NCBI GenBank assembly: GCA_965218785.1
Contig: OZ244650.1
Coordinates: 1,376,001-1,440,000, forward strand
Direction: 5' to 3'
Source of the DNA: Nitrosopumilus sp.
GTDB lineage: Archaea > Thermoproteota > Nitrososphaeria > Nitrososphaerales > Nitrosopumilaceae
Length of the DNA stretch: 64,000 bases
Shown here one piece after another: positions 8,571 to 19,800 of this stretch; the first letter of the stretch is position 1, and each line of letters begins with the position of its first letter. The translations under genes and the position numbers were made by a program. The notes beneath the pieces are model-generated. The model did not search any database. It was not told the DNA's origin and saw nothing but the letters and a program-made list of their open reading frames with translations.

Positions 8571-9968
8571 ATGGACCCGCTAAAACACATAGACTCTGAG
8601 ATGGGCTCTCTGATCTCGGATCTTCAGACGTTAATCAGACAGCCAAGCGTCTCTGCAAAAAACGAGGGCATTGAGGAGTGTGCCAGACTGGTAAAATCAC
8701 TACTAAGAAGAGCCGGATTAAAATCCGAGATTCTGCGGCTCGAAAGTGGCGTCGCACCAATAGTTTACGGGGAGATAAAATCAAGACAAAACCCGGCAAA
8801 GACCCTGATGTTTTACAATCATTATGACGTCCAGCCTGCCGAACCATTTGATCTGTGGGATGACCCGCCATTTAGCGGAACCAGACGAGGCAACAAAATC
8901 TTTGGCAGGGGCTCAACTGATGACAAGGGGGAACTAATCACCAGAATCAAGGCAGTCGAGGCGTCCCTGAGAACCACGGGTGATGTTCCCTGCAACATTA
9001 AATTTGTAATAGAGGGGGAGGAGGAGACTGGCAGCGAGCACATTGAAAAGTATCTGAAAAAATACAAAAAAAAGTTTGCAGCAGACGGGGTCATCTGGGA
9101 GTTTGGATACGTCGATGCACAAGACCGGCCAGTCATCGGACTTGGAATGAAGGGACTGCTGTTCGTTGAGCTCTCAGTCAAGGAGGCCGTTCGGGATGCG
9201 CATTCAAGCCTGGCAGTCCTGATAAAAAATCCTGCATGGAGGCTCGTTGAGGCCCTGCAGACACTTCGGAGTCCTGCCGGACGAATCCTCATAAAGGACT
9301 GGTACAGCGAGGTGACACCGTTTTCAAAGCAGGACTTGAAACTGATTCAGCAAGAACCCTTTGATGAGAACAGCTTCAAAAAAGAGTTTGGAATCAAATC
9401 TTTTGTGGCAGACAAAAAGGGAATGGATGCAAAAAAAGCACTAGTTGGCGGCGCTACCTGTAACATTGCGGGATTTTTATCCGGGTATACGGGCGATGGC
9501 GCAAAGACAGTTATTCCCGGAGAGGCCCTAGTTAAGATTGATTTCAGACTGGTACCGGGGATGATCCCAAAAAGACAGGTCAGAAGATTAAAGAAACATC
9601 TAAGATCAAGAGGATTCGGAGACGTCAGAGTCAGGGTGTTTCACGGCGAGGTGGCAGCTGCTAGGACCGACTCATCAGAGCCGTTTGTATCGCATGTCCG
9701 GCAGGCAGCTGACGAATCATTTGGAGAATCCATCCTGAATGTCTCAAATGCAGGAACTGGTCCGATGCACTCCTTTATTGATATTCTAAAGGCGCCGTGC
9801 ATCTCCATAGGAAGCACGTACATGTTTGCCAGGATTCATTCGCCAAACGAGTTTGCCAGAATTGATCTGCTAAAAAAGACGACAAGATGCATGTATCTGA
9901 TTATGCGGAATTTTGGAGAGAGCCTAATGGATGCATCTGGGCAGTTTTTTGATGTACTGCGCAAGTGA
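8571..9968 (+). CDS. M20/M25/M40 family metallopeptidase (ArgE/DapE-like)
   Basis: HYDVQP, GRGSTDDKG, EGEEETGS, HSPNE motifs. Confidence 0.9.
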   Translation: MDPLKHIDSEMGSLISDLQTLIRQPSVSAKNEGIEECARLVKSLLRRAGLKSEILRLESGVAPIVYGEIKSRQNPAKTLMFYNHYDVQPAEPFDLWDDPPFSGTRRGNKIFGRGSTDDKGELITRIKAVEASLRTTGDVPCNIKFVIEGEEETGSEHIEKYLKKYKKKFAADGVIWEFGYVDAQDRPVIGLGMKGLLFVELSVKEAVRDAHSSLAVLIKNPAWRLVEALQTLRSPAGRILIKDWYSEVTPFSKQDLKLIQQEPFDENSFKKEFGIKSFVADKKGMDAKKALVGGATCNIAGFLSGYTGDGAKTVIPGEALVKIDFRLVPGMIPKRQVRRLKKHLRSRGFGDVRVRVFHGEVAAARTDSSEPFVSHVRQAADESFGESILNVSNAGTGPMHSFIDILKAPCISIGSTYMFARIHSPNEFARIDLLKKTTRCMYLIMRNFGESLMDASGQFFDVLRK

Positions 9969-10340
9969 TATTCTTCCCGGTCCGGCAATCATGATTACCA
10001 GGGACGCTGCAAGCAGGATCACATCAAACTCTACGCCGTTATCCCCAGTCAGGCTGCTTGCCCCCTTTACATGGAATATGGCACCTACCATGATTATCGA
10101 AATCAGTGCCGCTGAAAACCTGCTGAGCACTCCTATGATTAGCAGGATTCCTGGAACCATCTCTGCTAGTGCGATTGGTATCTGCAACTCTGCTGGGAGT
10201 CCCAATTGTGGCAAAAAGTTTCCAAATCCCGGATCAAATTTTGAGATACCGTGAACGATGAATATTACACCAATGGCGGATCTCAGACCCATAAAGACTG
10301 CGTCATCTAGAATTTTTACCCTAATCTCACTTGTAGTCAA
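9924..10340 (-). CDS. DoxX family membrane protein
   Basis: R..IGVIFIVHGISK...E...GPGRISL pattern; four TM segments. Confidence 0.85.
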   Translation of the reverse strand: MTTSEIRVKILDDAVFMGLRSAIGVIFIVHGISKFDPGFGNFLPQLGLPAELQIPIALAEMVPGILLIIGVLSRFSAALISIIMVGAIFHVKGASSLTGDNGVEFDVILLAASLVIMIAGPGRISLAQYIKKLPRCIH

Positions 10341-10435
10341 TATGTGTCTCTGAAATTATCAGTATAATTATCTTGCCACCAGACCGCACATAAAATGTAG
10401 AAAACCCTTTATTATGCCCCAAAATTATTTGAATC

Positions 10436-11032
10436 ATGTCAATGTATATGCCGGGGGCGACTGCTGTTGGAATTACATTTGTCGGAGGCGTGGTTCTTGC
10501 CAGTGAAAAGAGAATCGCGTTTGGAAACTTTCTTGTAAGCAAATCCACAAAAAAGACGTTTCCGATCACCTCCAAAGTGGGTGCAACATGTGCCGGACTT
10601 GTTGCCGACATGCAGATTCTGTCATTGCAGATTGCAGCACTTGCAAAAATCAGAAAGATGGAGATAAAAAGGGATGTCCCCCCCAATACCGTTGCCAAAA
10701 TGATGTCAAATATGATGTACGAGCGGAGGTACTTCCCGTTACTAACCCAGGTGATTGTAGGCGGGGTAGTTGACAAGCCCGTTATGTATACCCTTGATCC
10801 GCTTGGTTCTGTTCTTCCAGATGAATATGCCGCAGTCGGAACCGGTGCTGAAATGGCGTTGGGCGTCCTAGATCCCCAGTTCAAAAAGGACATGACCCGA
10901 GATGAGGCAGTTGATCTGGCAAAACGCGCGGTGCGTTCTGCCGCCCTGAGGGATTCGGCAAGCGGTGACGGTCTTGATATCCTGGTAATCACCAACGACG
11001 GCACCGAAGAGTTTACAGAAGAGATAAAGTAG
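10436..11032 (+). CDS. psmB: Proteasome subunit beta (non-catalytic-type N-terminus GATAVG)
   Basis: GLVADMQ, LDPLGS, RDSASGDG motifs. Confidence 0.9.
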   Translation: MSMYMPGATAVGITFVGGVVLASEKRIAFGNFLVSKSTKKTFPITSKVGATCAGLVADMQILSLQIAALAKIRKMEIKRDVPPNTVAKMMSNMMYERRYFPLLTQVIVGGVVDKPVMYTLDPLGSVLPDEYAAVGTGAEMALGVLDPQFKKDMTRDEAVDLAKRAVRSAALRDSASGDGLDILVITNDGTEEFTEEIK

Positions 11033-11509
11033 CTAGTCGTAAATCGTTTTTCCAGTCTCCCAAAACCTGTCAGAGATGTAGTGTATGTTTCTTATGACCT
11101 CGCCTTTTTCCATGCCGTCTATCTCCGAGCTGTCCACCATTGCCTTTCCAACTGCCAGAAACTTGTGCTGTGATTCCTCGATGATGCAGACCATGCCGTC
11201 TTTTTCAAATTCCGTGAATCCCTTGATTCCGGGCCTCATGACGTTTGCACCCTTGCACATGAACTTCACGGCCCCCATGTCCACGGTAACGTTTGGGAAC
11301 TTTGATAGCGTCTCAGTCTCTGATAGAAACGGCAGGTAATCGTCATTGATCTTCAGTATCTTCATTCCCCCGCCCGTGATAATCTGGGCATCCTCTAGTA
11401 TCTGATGAACCTTCAGATTCTTGACTCTGGGAAGCTGCATCCCCCATATTTCTGAGACTGTTTTTAAGAGTGCCGATGTCTCACTCTTTGAGATTAGATT
11501 TGATTTCAA
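11033..11509 (-). CDS. PUA-domain RNA-binding protein
   Basis: VDMGAVKFMCKGANVMRPGI. Likely TTG start at 11509 overlapping the hom stop; the ORF track starts too early. Confidence 0.85.
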   Translation of the reverse strand: MKSNLISKSETSALLKTVSEIWGMQLPRVKNLKVHQILEDAQIITGGGMKILKINDDYLPFLSETETLSKFPNVTVDMGAVKFMCKGANVMRPGIKGFTEFEKDGMVCIIEESQHKFLAVGKAMVDSSEIDGMEKGEVIRNIHYISDRFWETGKTIYD

Positions 11510-12516
11510 GTTCCTGCAATCTCTTCTCTGATGTCCAGCAGGTCTCGCAGTATGGAACTGGCAGTCTCCATGCCCCCCGCACCCTTTCCAATAATTGTCT
11601 GGGTTCCTGAATGCTCGGATGTAAAGGCAATCGCATTTAGCGTCCCATTCACGCAAAGCGGATCATCTAGGGATATCTCCCTGGGCCCCACAACAAGCTC
11701 CTTGTCACATGATGCAATCAGTTTTACCGCACAGTTGTTTTTGGCAGCATCCCTGATGTTATCTGCCGTGAGATTTCGTATTCCGGTACAGTCTATATCC
11801 GGCATGGTTACCTTCATTCCCATTACCCAGTTTGCAAGGATTACCAGTTTGGCAGCAGCATCTAGTCCGTCCAGATCCAGGGACTCGTCTGCCTCTACGT
11901 ATCCCCGGTCTTGGGCGTCCTTGAGCGCGTCTTCAAAGGACAGTCCTGCCGTCATGTTTGAGAGGATGTAATTCGTGGTTCCGTTTAGTATTCCTGCAAA
12001 CGACGTTATTCTTTCTCCGCTGAGACTGTTTTTGGCATAATCTAGAATCGGGGTGCCGCCTCCCACTGTACCGCTGAATTTTAGCATCACCTGGTTGTAT
12101 GTTGCAAGTTCCATAAGGGATGGAAATGCCAGTGCAAGCGGTCCCTTGTTTACAGAGATCACATGCATGCCCTTTTTCATGGCAGTCGTGATGTGGGTCA
12201 TTCCAGGTTCGGCATCCCGGTAGTTGCTTGCCGTAGTCTCAATTAGCACGTCTGCATCAATACTCCTTATCATCTCGACTCCGGAGATGGCGTTTTTCGT
12301 ATCGGCATAATTTTTTACTGTCGCAGACTCTTTCTTTACTTTTATCAATCTGCTAAAATCCAATCCGGATGAATCAACGGCACTCCCGCCGCTGTCAAAC
12401 ACGCCCACTATTCTCGGCTTTAGCCCGTATTTTGCATACAGATCCTCCGATCTTGAATCAAACAGTTTTACCAGGCTCTGACCTACGACGCCAAATCCGC
12501 ATAATATTATTCTCAA
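11506..12516 (-). CDS. hom: Homoserine dehydrogenase
   Basis: GFGVVG Rossmann motif, NKGPLA, GILNGTTNYIL, GAGGMETAS. Confidence 0.93.
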   Translation of the reverse strand: MRIILCGFGVVGQSLVKLFDSRSEDLYAKYGLKPRIVGVFDSGGSAVDSSGLDFSRLIKVKKESATVKNYADTKNAISGVEMIRSIDADVLIETTASNYRDAEPGMTHITTAMKKGMHVISVNKGPLALAFPSLMELATYNQVMLKFSGTVGGGTPILDYAKNSLSGERITSFAGILNGTTNYILSNMTAGLSFEDALKDAQDRGYVEADESLDLDGLDAAAKLVILANWVMGMKVTMPDIDCTGIRNLTADNIRDAAKNNCAVKLIASCDKELVVGPREISLDDPLCVNGTLNAIAFTSEHSGTQTIIGKGAGGMETASSILRDLLDIREEIAGT

Positions 12517-12585
12517 GTCATCTCACACATCCCTCTGATCTTCTTATCATAATTGTGTTTTCTAAAAACATTTTGTTGCAACCAG

Positions 12586-12996
12586 TCATGGTTTTTCTTT
12601 GTCTTTTTCATGCTGTAATGAGATGGAATTGATGCAGTATCTCTGGTTTGTCGGCTTTGGACCGTCATCAAAGACATGTCCCAGGTGTGCCCCGCACCTG
12701 TTGCAATTGACCTCCGTGCGCGTCATCCCGTATGACGTATCAGAGATGTACTCTATCTTCTCCTCGTTAATCGGCTCCCAGAAACTCGGCCATCCGGAGC
12801 CTGAATCAAACTTTGCATGTGACGAAAAAAGCTCCTCATCACAGCACGTACACCTAAAGACCCCCTCGATCTTGCTGTCGTTGTATTTGCCTGAAAATGG
12901 CGGCTCTGTCCCGTGATTAATACAGATCTTGTACTGTTCTGGCGTCAGTTCTTTTTTCCATTCTTCGGGGGTTTTTCTGGCAGTCTTTTCTGTCAT
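12586..12996 (-). CDS. msrB: Peptide-methionine (R)-S-oxide reductase
   Basis: GTEPPF, KFDSGSGWPSF, HLGHVFDDGP, RYCINS motifs. Confidence 0.95.
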   Translation of the reverse strand: MTEKTARKTPEEWKKELTPEQYKICINHGTEPPFSGKYNDSKIEGVFRCTCCDEELFSSHAKFDSGSGWPSFWEPINEEKIEYISDTSYGMTRTEVNCNRCGAHLGHVFDDGPKPTNQRYCINSISLQHEKDKEKP

Positions 12997-13032
12997 GGTT
13001 TGGATTATTCCATTTGGTATTAGAATATTTTT

Positions 13033-14658
13033 CTATTTTGAGTGCCTGCTTTTCTTCTTCTTCTCTGCTGTCCGTTTCTCTGACTCGAATCTCTCCAGGT
13101 CGTATTGCTTCAAATCGACGAATTTCATGATTCTGCTCAGGGCAGGGTGAACCTTGCTGATCTGCCTGAACATCTGCTGTGCGACCAGCCGATAGTCTGC
13201 GTGTCCCTGCGGTATGCTCCTCAGTTCGATGAGATGACACGCCTCCCTTAGATTAAACCTCATCAGATACGGATAGTTGTATGCAAAGTTTACGACATAC
13301 TGTGCCTGCTCCGGATGTTTCTTTCGAATCATGTTAAATGTCTCCCGGGTCCCCTCCATGCAGTCCTTAAAGTCATCCCCGATTCCCAGAATTTTGAGCT
13401 CCTCTGGAATGTCGTATCCGTGGTCTGTCGTCAGTAGCTGCCTCTGAAGTGTCAGGGCCCTGTGCCTGTGAAGATCCCTGAACATTCCAAAGTTATTACA
13501 CAAATCAAACGTATAGTAGACTGCCTCAAAGGCCCGTGACGGTCTGTGGCGCCTGTTGGTTCTCAGTTTTACAAATTCATCGATAATTTTGATCTGCTTC
13601 TGCATTGGCATTTTTTTGACATGTCTTAAGATATCCTGATATGATATACCTGGTGACTGCTCATACATGATGCCTGAGATGATCTTCGCTAGTGCGTTTT
13701 TTTCTGGTTCGTAATCGACTAGTCTGACACTTTTTCCTGCAGCCGGTCTTGTCTTGATTTCTCTGGCGGCAATCATCTCTGAGCTGCTTTTGAGATTCCT
13801 CAGGTATTTCTTAAATGCCATGCCGTATTTGTCATCTGCCCTTTTGACAAATGATTTTATCGTAGTCTCCAGCTCTTTTTTGATCTTCGATGCCAGATCC
13901 TGCTCCTCTCTTAGCTCAGACGAGCCTAGAATCGTCAGCAGGTATTCAAACGCGCGGCCGTTGCCTGTAATTCCAACGTTTGTCAGAGTCGATGCGGGTA
14001 GCAGTCCCCGAAGAACATCCAGCGCCTTGGCCTTCGTTGATCCACGGTAAATCATGCCGGCAGACTTTATATCGCCGTCTCTCTTTAATTTGGAAAAGGG
14101 TTTTTCCCCCCCGTCAGCTGAATCCCTAAAGCTGTATTTTTCTATCGGGTACCTTTCTCTTATGTAGCTTATCATGGGTTCCATGTTTTTTGAATACACA
14201 TCAAATGAAAAGTTGCACGTCTCCTCGTACATGTCTGCAAACCTTGATTTCATAATTTCAGGATCCCTGTAAAACCTGTACCTGCCGTTCTCTTTTTTGT
14301 TCCACGCAACATACCTTGATGATTTTTCCAAGTATGACAGGCCGATCCGCCTGTCTTCGATCTTTTTTACCGCGATGTTTGAGAGTCCCTCGATTGCAAT
14401 CTGCGCCTCGCCTAGTTCTGCGACAGAATCATCGCCATACTCCAAAAGCACCCTGTCGTAAAATTCCTCCCCCCTGTTTTTGTTTTTTAAAAACTCGTCA
14501 AGAAAGACCCGCCTCATGCTCTTGTCAGTCCTGCTGTATCTTGACATCAGGGCGCCGCGATCAACCTGCCTTGGCGTGATTATGGCAAACACGTCATCAT
14601 CAGTATTTGAAAAATGTCCGGATAGGATCTTTTTGTCCCTGCTTGAAAATTCAGACAA
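13033..14658 (-). CDS. thyX: FAD-dependent thymidylate synthase (long, duplicated-domain type)
   Basis: YLEKSSRY and RDLHRHR motifs. Probable TTG start at 14658; the ORF extends to 14679. Confidence 0.88.
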   Translation of the reverse strand: MSEFSSRDKKILSGHFSNTDDDVFAIITPRQVDRGALMSRYSRTDKSMRRVFLDEFLKNKNRGEEFYDRVLLEYGDDSVAELGEAQIAIEGLSNIAVKKIEDRRIGLSYLEKSSRYVAWNKKENGRYRFYRDPEIMKSRFADMYEETCNFSFDVYSKNMEPMISYIRERYPIEKYSFRDSADGGEKPFSKLKRDGDIKSAGMIYRGSTKAKALDVLRGLLPASTLTNVGITGNGRAFEYLLTILGSSELREEQDLASKIKKELETTIKSFVKRADDKYGMAFKKYLRNLKSSSEMIAAREIKTRPAAGKSVRLVDYEPEKNALAKIISGIMYEQSPGISYQDILRHVKKMPMQKQIKIIDEFVKLRTNRRHRPSRAFEAVYYTFDLCNNFGMFRDLHRHRALTLQRQLLTTDHGYDIPEELKILGIGDDFKDCMEGTRETFNMIRKKHPEQAQYVVNFAYNYPYLMRFNLREACHLIELRSIPQGHADYRLVAQQMFRQISKVHPALSRIMKFVDLKQYDLERFESEKRTAEKKKKSRHSK

Positions 14659-14690
14659 TGCATGTGTCTTGTTTATCAATTATTAATAGT

Positions 14691-14984
14691 CTATTTCTTT
14701 TTTCCAATCTGAATCAGATCAGGACCACGGTCTCGGTCTTTATCCTGTCCCTTGGTCTGCCACCTTAACAGGACCTCCCTGAAATTGACCGCATCTGCCT
14801 CGTTTTCGGTATACATCAGCGATGTGACCCAGAAACCGTTTTTTGCAGTCCTCCCGCCTACGGAGTTCATCCAGAAATCACTGGGCAGGGTTTCCATGGG
14901 CTTGCCATCCGGATCCTGCGTGAGTTCGATCCACCTGTTTGCCACAAAATTCAGAATTTGCTCTAATTCTTCTCTTTGAATCAT
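14691..14984 (-). CDS. Hypothetical protein
   Basis: Fills the gap between thyX and cdvA; no motif recognised. Confidence 0.6.
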   Translation of the reverse strand: MIQREELEQILNFVANRWIELTQDPDGKPMETLPSDFWMNSVGGRTAKNGFWVTSLMYTENEADAVNFREVLLRWQTKGQDKDRDRGPDLIQIGKKK

Positions 14985-15115
14985 GAGCCTGCTAATACAC
15001 CACATGATTTTAAAATTGCTAAACCAGACAGTCTCAAGTTGGTAAAAATAATCTTACCAAAATCAAAAACATTTCTTACACTTTGTCGGTTATACGAATC
15101 CCATAATTACCACAC

Positions 15116-16027
15116 ATGACCCACGACGATATCGAAATTATCGGTAAGAACGTCAAAGACATGTACGGAACATTCATGGGTAAGGTCGTAGGAACGATAA
15201 CTGACATCGACGGTAGTATTCAATCCGTTGGCATTGACTCCGGTTCTCAGGGATTACAGCAGATCCAGTATGAGCAACTAGTAGTTCAAGGCGATGTTGT
15301 CATTTTCATTCCAAAATGGAGACTCGACTCCCAAAGACTCATTCGTGAAAAACAACTGACTCTGCGCCGCCTAAAGGCCCTGATGGACATTGTTTCTGAA
15401 AATGATGAAATGAAGGATGATGCACAAATCATTCATGAAAAATACAAGTCAAAACTTGTAACATTATCTGAAACACAAAGTGAAATCAAAGCCAAACTCG
15501 AGGCGAGGTTAACAGAGTTGGATGACGAAATAAAGTCTGCAAAGATGTTATTATTTGATGCAAAAGTACAAACCAAGAGCAATGAGATCTCCAGTACCAC
15601 ATTTGATACTGTGAAATCATGCACAACCACGGTGATTGAGCGAATCACTCATGAAACCGCAGAGATTGCAAATGTGAAGAGCAGAATTGCAGACCTTGAT
15701 TTGGAAATGCAGGATATAACAGCTCTGCCACAACCCCATAACATCCAAGAATCAGCCGTTTCATATCTGGAGACACCCGAATCGCAGCAGCAACAACAAC
15801 AACAACAGCAGCAGCAGGCGGTTCAGTCAATACTTCCAGAAGCCCCTACAGCACCAATAGACACACCTTTGGCACAGGTCCAAGTCCAGACTACACCCAC
15901 GTCTGAACTTCCAACCGAATCCAAAGTATCAGCCGCGTTCCCAGAACCACCACAACAACAGGTGAAATCAGAGACTTTAGATGAAGACAGTGATGACGAC
16001 TGGCTTGCTAGAATGGAAGCACAATAA
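15116..16027 (+). CDS. cdvA: Cell division protein CdvA
   Basis: N-terminal PRC-barrel-like IGKNVKDMYG, a coiled coil, then a low-complexity P/Q-rich tail. Confidence 0.85.
   Translation: MTHDDIEIIGKNVKDMYGTFMGKVVGTITDIDGSIQSVGIDSGSQGLQQIQYEQLVVQGDVVIFIPKWRLDSQRLIREKQLTLRRLKALMDIVSENDEMKDDAQIIHEKYKSKLVTLSETQSEIKAKLEARLTELDDEIKSAKMLLFDAKVQTKSNEISSTTFDTVKSCTTTVIERITHETAEIANVKSRIADLDLEMQDITALPQPHNIQESAVSYLETPESQQQQQQQQQQQAVQSILPEAPTAPIDTPLAQVQVQTTPTSELPTESKVSAAFPEPPQQQVKSETLDEDSDDDWLARMEAQ
15785..15817 (+). repeat. CAG/CAA poly-glutamine tract (Q11) in cdvA
   Basis: cagcagcaacaacaacaacaacagcagcagcag. Confidence 0.9.
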
Positions 16028-16211
16028 TTTTTTTATTTTATTTTTTTGAGATTTGAATCTGCGTTCATGCATTTTTTGATATGATCCTAAATTGAAATTA
16101 AATCCGGAGAAGATCACTATTTTACCAACTGTTATTTGGCAGAAGCAGACTCCCAACATTACATCATAATCTAATTGCCCAACACTAATGTAGTTCACAC
16201 CAGTACATTTT

Positions 16212-18110
16212 TTGATGTCTGAGACTTTTAACATCGGCCTTGGAAACAATGATACTGCCCTAAGAAAGAGCGCCGATTCTGATTTCGTGTCTTTTTGGGG
16301 GAGACAGGCAGAAAACCTTGTCTGGTTTTCCACTTGGAAAAAAACCTTGGACTGGCAGCCCCCGTTTGCCAAATGGTTTGTCGGAGGCACGATTAACGCC
16401 TCATATAACGCCCTAGACGTACATCAGAGTACAAAATCAGACAAACCGGCCATACTGTGGGAGGGCGAAGACGGCCAGTCCCGAATTCTGACATATCATG
16501 ACATGTTCATCCAAGTCAAAAAATTTGCCAACGTCTTAAAATCCCTCGGCGTTCAAAAAGGGGATCGTGTTACGATATATCTGCCGATGGTCCCCGAATT
16601 GCCTATTGCAATGCTGGCATGTGCCAGAATTGGGGCAACACACACCGTGGTATTTTCAGGATTTAGTGCCAGATCAATTCATGACCGTATTGATGATTCA
16701 AAATCCAGAGTCGTGATAACTGCCGATGGCGGATACCGAAGGGGAAAGATCATCAAATTAAAGCAGGTAGTCGATGATGCAATAGCCGGTCTTGATTTTG
16801 TAGAGCACGTGGTAGTTCTCAACCGGGCAAACAATGAAATCCAGATGACTTCAAAGGACAAGCTTTGGAGTGATCTGATAAATGATGCCTCTGATTCATG
16901 TGATGCAGAAAAACTGGACAGCAATCATCCTCTCTACATATTATACACCTCTGGAACAACCGGAAAGCCAAAGGGTGTCTTGCATGGTACGGGCGGATAT
17001 CTTACACACCTGTATTCCACATTCAAGTGGGCATTTGACATCAAGGATTCTGATGTCTTTTTCTGTACTGCAGATATCGGCTGGGTTACCGGTCACAGTT
17101 ACGTCGTTTATGCCCCGCTGCTTCACGGTGCAACTGAAATAATGTATGAAGGCGCCCCTGATCATCCCGACACATCAAGAATGTGGGAGATCCTGCAGAA
17201 ATACCGGGCTACAATTTTTTACACCACGCCGACTGCCATTCGAATGTTTATGAAATTCGGTGACGAGGCACCCAACTCGTTTGATCTTTCGTCATTGCGG
17301 CTGCTTGGAACAGTAGGCGAGCCAATCAACCCCGAGGTTTGGAGGTGGTATTTCAAAACTGTCGGAAAGGAAAAATGTCCGATTATTGATACGTGGTGGC
17401 AGACAGAGACTGGAGGCATGCTGATCTCAGCACTGCCGGGTCTAGAGACCATCCCACTCAAGCCAGGTTCTGGAACACTGCCAATTCCGGGGGTGGATAT
17501 TTCAGTAGTTGATGAATCCGGGGCCGACGTATCCCCAAATACAAAGGGATACCTCGTAATTAGGAATCCGTGGCCTGGAATGCTGTTGGGCCTGTGGGGC
17601 GATGATGAGAAATACAGGGCAGTCTACTGGTCAAAATATGAGAATTGCTACTATCCAGGCGACTATGCGCTAAGGGATGATGACGGGTATCTTTGGCTGC
17701 TTGGACGTGCAGACGACGTGCTCAAGGTGGCAGGACATAGAATAGGTACTGCCGAACTTGAGAGCTGCATGGTATCACACAACGACGTGGCAGAATCCGC
17801 AGTGTGCGGGATTCCTGATGAAGTAAAGGGCGAGGCAATCATTGCATTTGTTGTTTTAAAACAGGGCACAGTACTGGCAGATCCTGCAGCCCTGGAGCAG
17901 GAACTTGCCGCCAAGATACGTGCCGACATCGGTGCAATCGCATCTCCGCGACGAATCTATTTTGTCTCAAAACTTCCAAAGACCCGCAGTGGAAAGATAA
18001 TGCGCAGACTGCTCAAGGCAGTTGCCAACAATGAAAAGATCGGCGATCTCAGCACGCTAGAAGACGGGGAGGCAGTAACTGAAATTCAGAACGCCTTTAA
18101 CAAACTTTAA
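16212..18110 (+). CDS. acs: Acetyl-CoA synthetase (AMP-forming)
   Basis: YTSGTTGKPKG, DTWWQTETGG, PKTRSGKIMRR motifs. Confidence 0.95.
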   Translation: MMSETFNIGLGNNDTALRKSADSDFVSFWGRQAENLVWFSTWKKTLDWQPPFAKWFVGGTINASYNALDVHQSTKSDKPAILWEGEDGQSRILTYHDMFIQVKKFANVLKSLGVQKGDRVTIYLPMVPELPIAMLACARIGATHTVVFSGFSARSIHDRIDDSKSRVVITADGGYRRGKIIKLKQVVDDAIAGLDFVEHVVVLNRANNEIQMTSKDKLWSDLINDASDSCDAEKLDSNHPLYILYTSGTTGKPKGVLHGTGGYLTHLYSTFKWAFDIKDSDVFFCTADIGWVTGHSYVVYAPLLHGATEIMYEGAPDHPDTSRMWEILQKYRATIFYTTPTAIRMFMKFGDEAPNSFDLSSLRLLGTVGEPINPEVWRWYFKTVGKEKCPIIDTWWQTETGGMLISALPGLETIPLKPGSGTLPIPGVDISVVDESGADVSPNTKGYLVIRNPWPGMLLGLWGDDEKYRAVYWSKYENCYYPGDYALRDDDGYLWLLGRADDVLKVAGHRIGTAELESCMVSHNDVAESAVCGIPDEVKGEAIIAFVVLKQGTVLADPAALEQELAAKIRADIGAIASPRRIYFVSKLPKTRSGKIMRRLLKAVANNEKIGDLSTLEDGEAVTEIQNAFNKL

Positions 18111-18137
18111 AAATCAGTCAGGTACAAACTGCGATGA

Positions 18138-18671
18138 TTACTGGCCTTTTAGTTCCCTCAAATCAACGTTGGATATCATCTCAAACATTTTCTTGAGCCC
18201 GTCATGCTCTGATCTTGAACTCCTGTCTAGCTGTTCATACCTCTCTTCCCTGATTTGATCCAGTTTGTGGTTTGCCTCTCTGAAAAATTCCTCATACTCT
18301 TTTATTTTTTCACCAGTCATCTGCGTTAGATCAAAAATTATCGTGTTGCTGCCAAGCAGGTTTTTATTTTCATCATAAATGCTCGTTGCCTGAAGCAGTC
18401 CCCGAAAAGTACTCCCGTCCTGCCTCTTGAATGTGATGTCCCTATCAGTCACCTTTCCAGTCTCAAACCACGTCTTTAGGGAGTTGTTCATATCCTCCCA
18501 TGACTCTTTGGGCACGTGCTCGAAGATTGGCCTTCCTAGAATCTCTGATTTCGCATATCCAAGATTTGCAGCATACGTGGAGTTGCAGTCAAGAATCACC
18601 CCGATTGAGTTTATCCTCCTCCACATTACAGGTGCGTCTTTTAGCGTTTTTCTTGCTTCAGTTTGTGGCAT
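18138..18671 (-). CDS. Stand-alone PAS domain protein
   Basis: G.ILDCN...LGY.KSEILGRP...KRQDGS PAS/PAC pattern plus a helical tail. Confidence 0.8.
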   Translation of the reverse strand: MPQTEARKTLKDAPVMWRRINSIGVILDCNSTYAANLGYAKSEILGRPIFEHVPKESWEDMNNSLKTWFETGKVTDRDITFKRQDGSTFRGLLQATSIYDENKNLLGSNTIIFDLTQMTGEKIKEYEEFFREANHKLDQIREERYEQLDRSSRSEHDGLKKMFEMISNVDLRELKGQ

Positions 18672-18710
18672 TTTTTAAAATTACAATGACTGGTTATTAA
18701 ACTAAAATTC

Positions 18711-19733
18711 CTAAAACCATTTATCCAGATTCTGACTCTTTTTTTCCAGCGCCTTTTTCAGCCTGTTCAAGGTTGATTGAATCCTGTCCTCTGAGAAGCT
18801 TCGCTCTTTTACCAGATAGTTTGTAACTGCCTCATAATCCACCTTCTCAAAAACAATCTCGGCAGCATCGCTCACATTTGGTTCCAGAAAGATCTTTCGT
18901 ATCTGCTGAAAATCAATCTCCTTTAACTGGTCTTGAATCTGTGGAATATCCTCTAGTCTTGAATGCTGTTTTATCATCTTCAGCGCTGTTTTTGGACCTA
19001 TTCTGTCAAATCCGTTTGGATTAAAATCGGTTCCAATTAGAATTCCCACATCAACTAGCCCTTCTCTTGTTATTCCTAACGCATCCAGTGTTTTTTGCGT
19101 CTCGATTATCTCCGGCATGATATCGACGTAGGTGTTTTTATTTGGTATCTTCCGCCTTCCGCTGTTTGTAAAATTTCTTACCAGTCTTTTTGCACCACAT
19201 AAAATCGAGTCAAAGTCCTGACTTGCAGATGCATACGCCTGTCCCACTGCCGTGAGATGTGCTGCAGTTGCCTCTCCCTCTGATGGCGCCTCTATATACG
19301 GAATGCCAAAATGTCTCAAAAGCTGCTTTGACTCTTTTACCATGCCGTCCTTCATGCTAGTTGTCTGCTGCGCGTATTTTCTGGCATCTTCCATGTTTCC
19401 TTCGGCTACTGCCTTTTCGTATTTGACAGTCGCATCCTTTTTGATCTGCTTTCTGCGTTCAATCTCCGCTGTCTTCAACGACGGTGGTTTTCCATCAAAG
19501 ACATAGACAGGCTTTATTCCCAGGGACAGAAAATTGACATTTCTATAAAGCAGCCCGCTTAGATGACTGGTGACTCTTCCTTCAGAATCTGATAGTTGTA
19601 GGCCGTCTGGCCCCCTGATGCTTGCCAGAAACTGGTATATTGCATTGTATGCATCAATTGCGATTATCCTATTTGAGAATGACTCCAAGGTCGTCTTTTC
19701 CCTGACTACCAGGTCCTTTAGATTTAATCCCAT
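18711..19733 (-). CDS. fen: Flap endonuclease 1
   Basis: [21 protein letters not shown]; C-terminal PIP box QNLDKWF. Confidence 0.95.
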   Translation of the reverse strand: MGLNLKDLVVREKTTLESFSNRIIAIDAYNAIYQFLASIRGPDGLQLSDSEGRVTSHLSGLLYRNVNFLSLGIKPVYVFDGKPPSLKTAEIERRKQIKKDATVKYEKAVAEGNMEDARKYAQQTTSMKDGMVKESKQLLRHFGIPYIEAPSEGEATAAHLTAVGQAYASASQDFDSILCGAKRLVRNFTNSGRRKIPNKNTYVDIMPEIIETQKTLDALGITREGLVDVGILIGTDFNPNGFDRIGPKTALKMIKQHSRLEDIPQIQDQLKEIDFQQIRKIFLEPNVSDAAEIVFEKVDYEAVTNYLVKERSFSEDRIQSTLNRLKKALEKKSQNLDKWF

Positions 19734-19800
19734 GAAGATTCTTGCAACCTTGTGCTTTTTTGTGTTTATCCTTTATACGTAATCGGTGTATTCTGTCAAT

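Noticed and set aside
9924-9968. 45-bp convergent overlap of the M20 peptidase and DoxX genes
   Set aside because: Most simply a shifted stop codon; short convergent overlaps are common in this window.
18138-18671. LOV photoreceptor
   Set aside because: No GxNCRFLQ motif; called a generic PAS domain.
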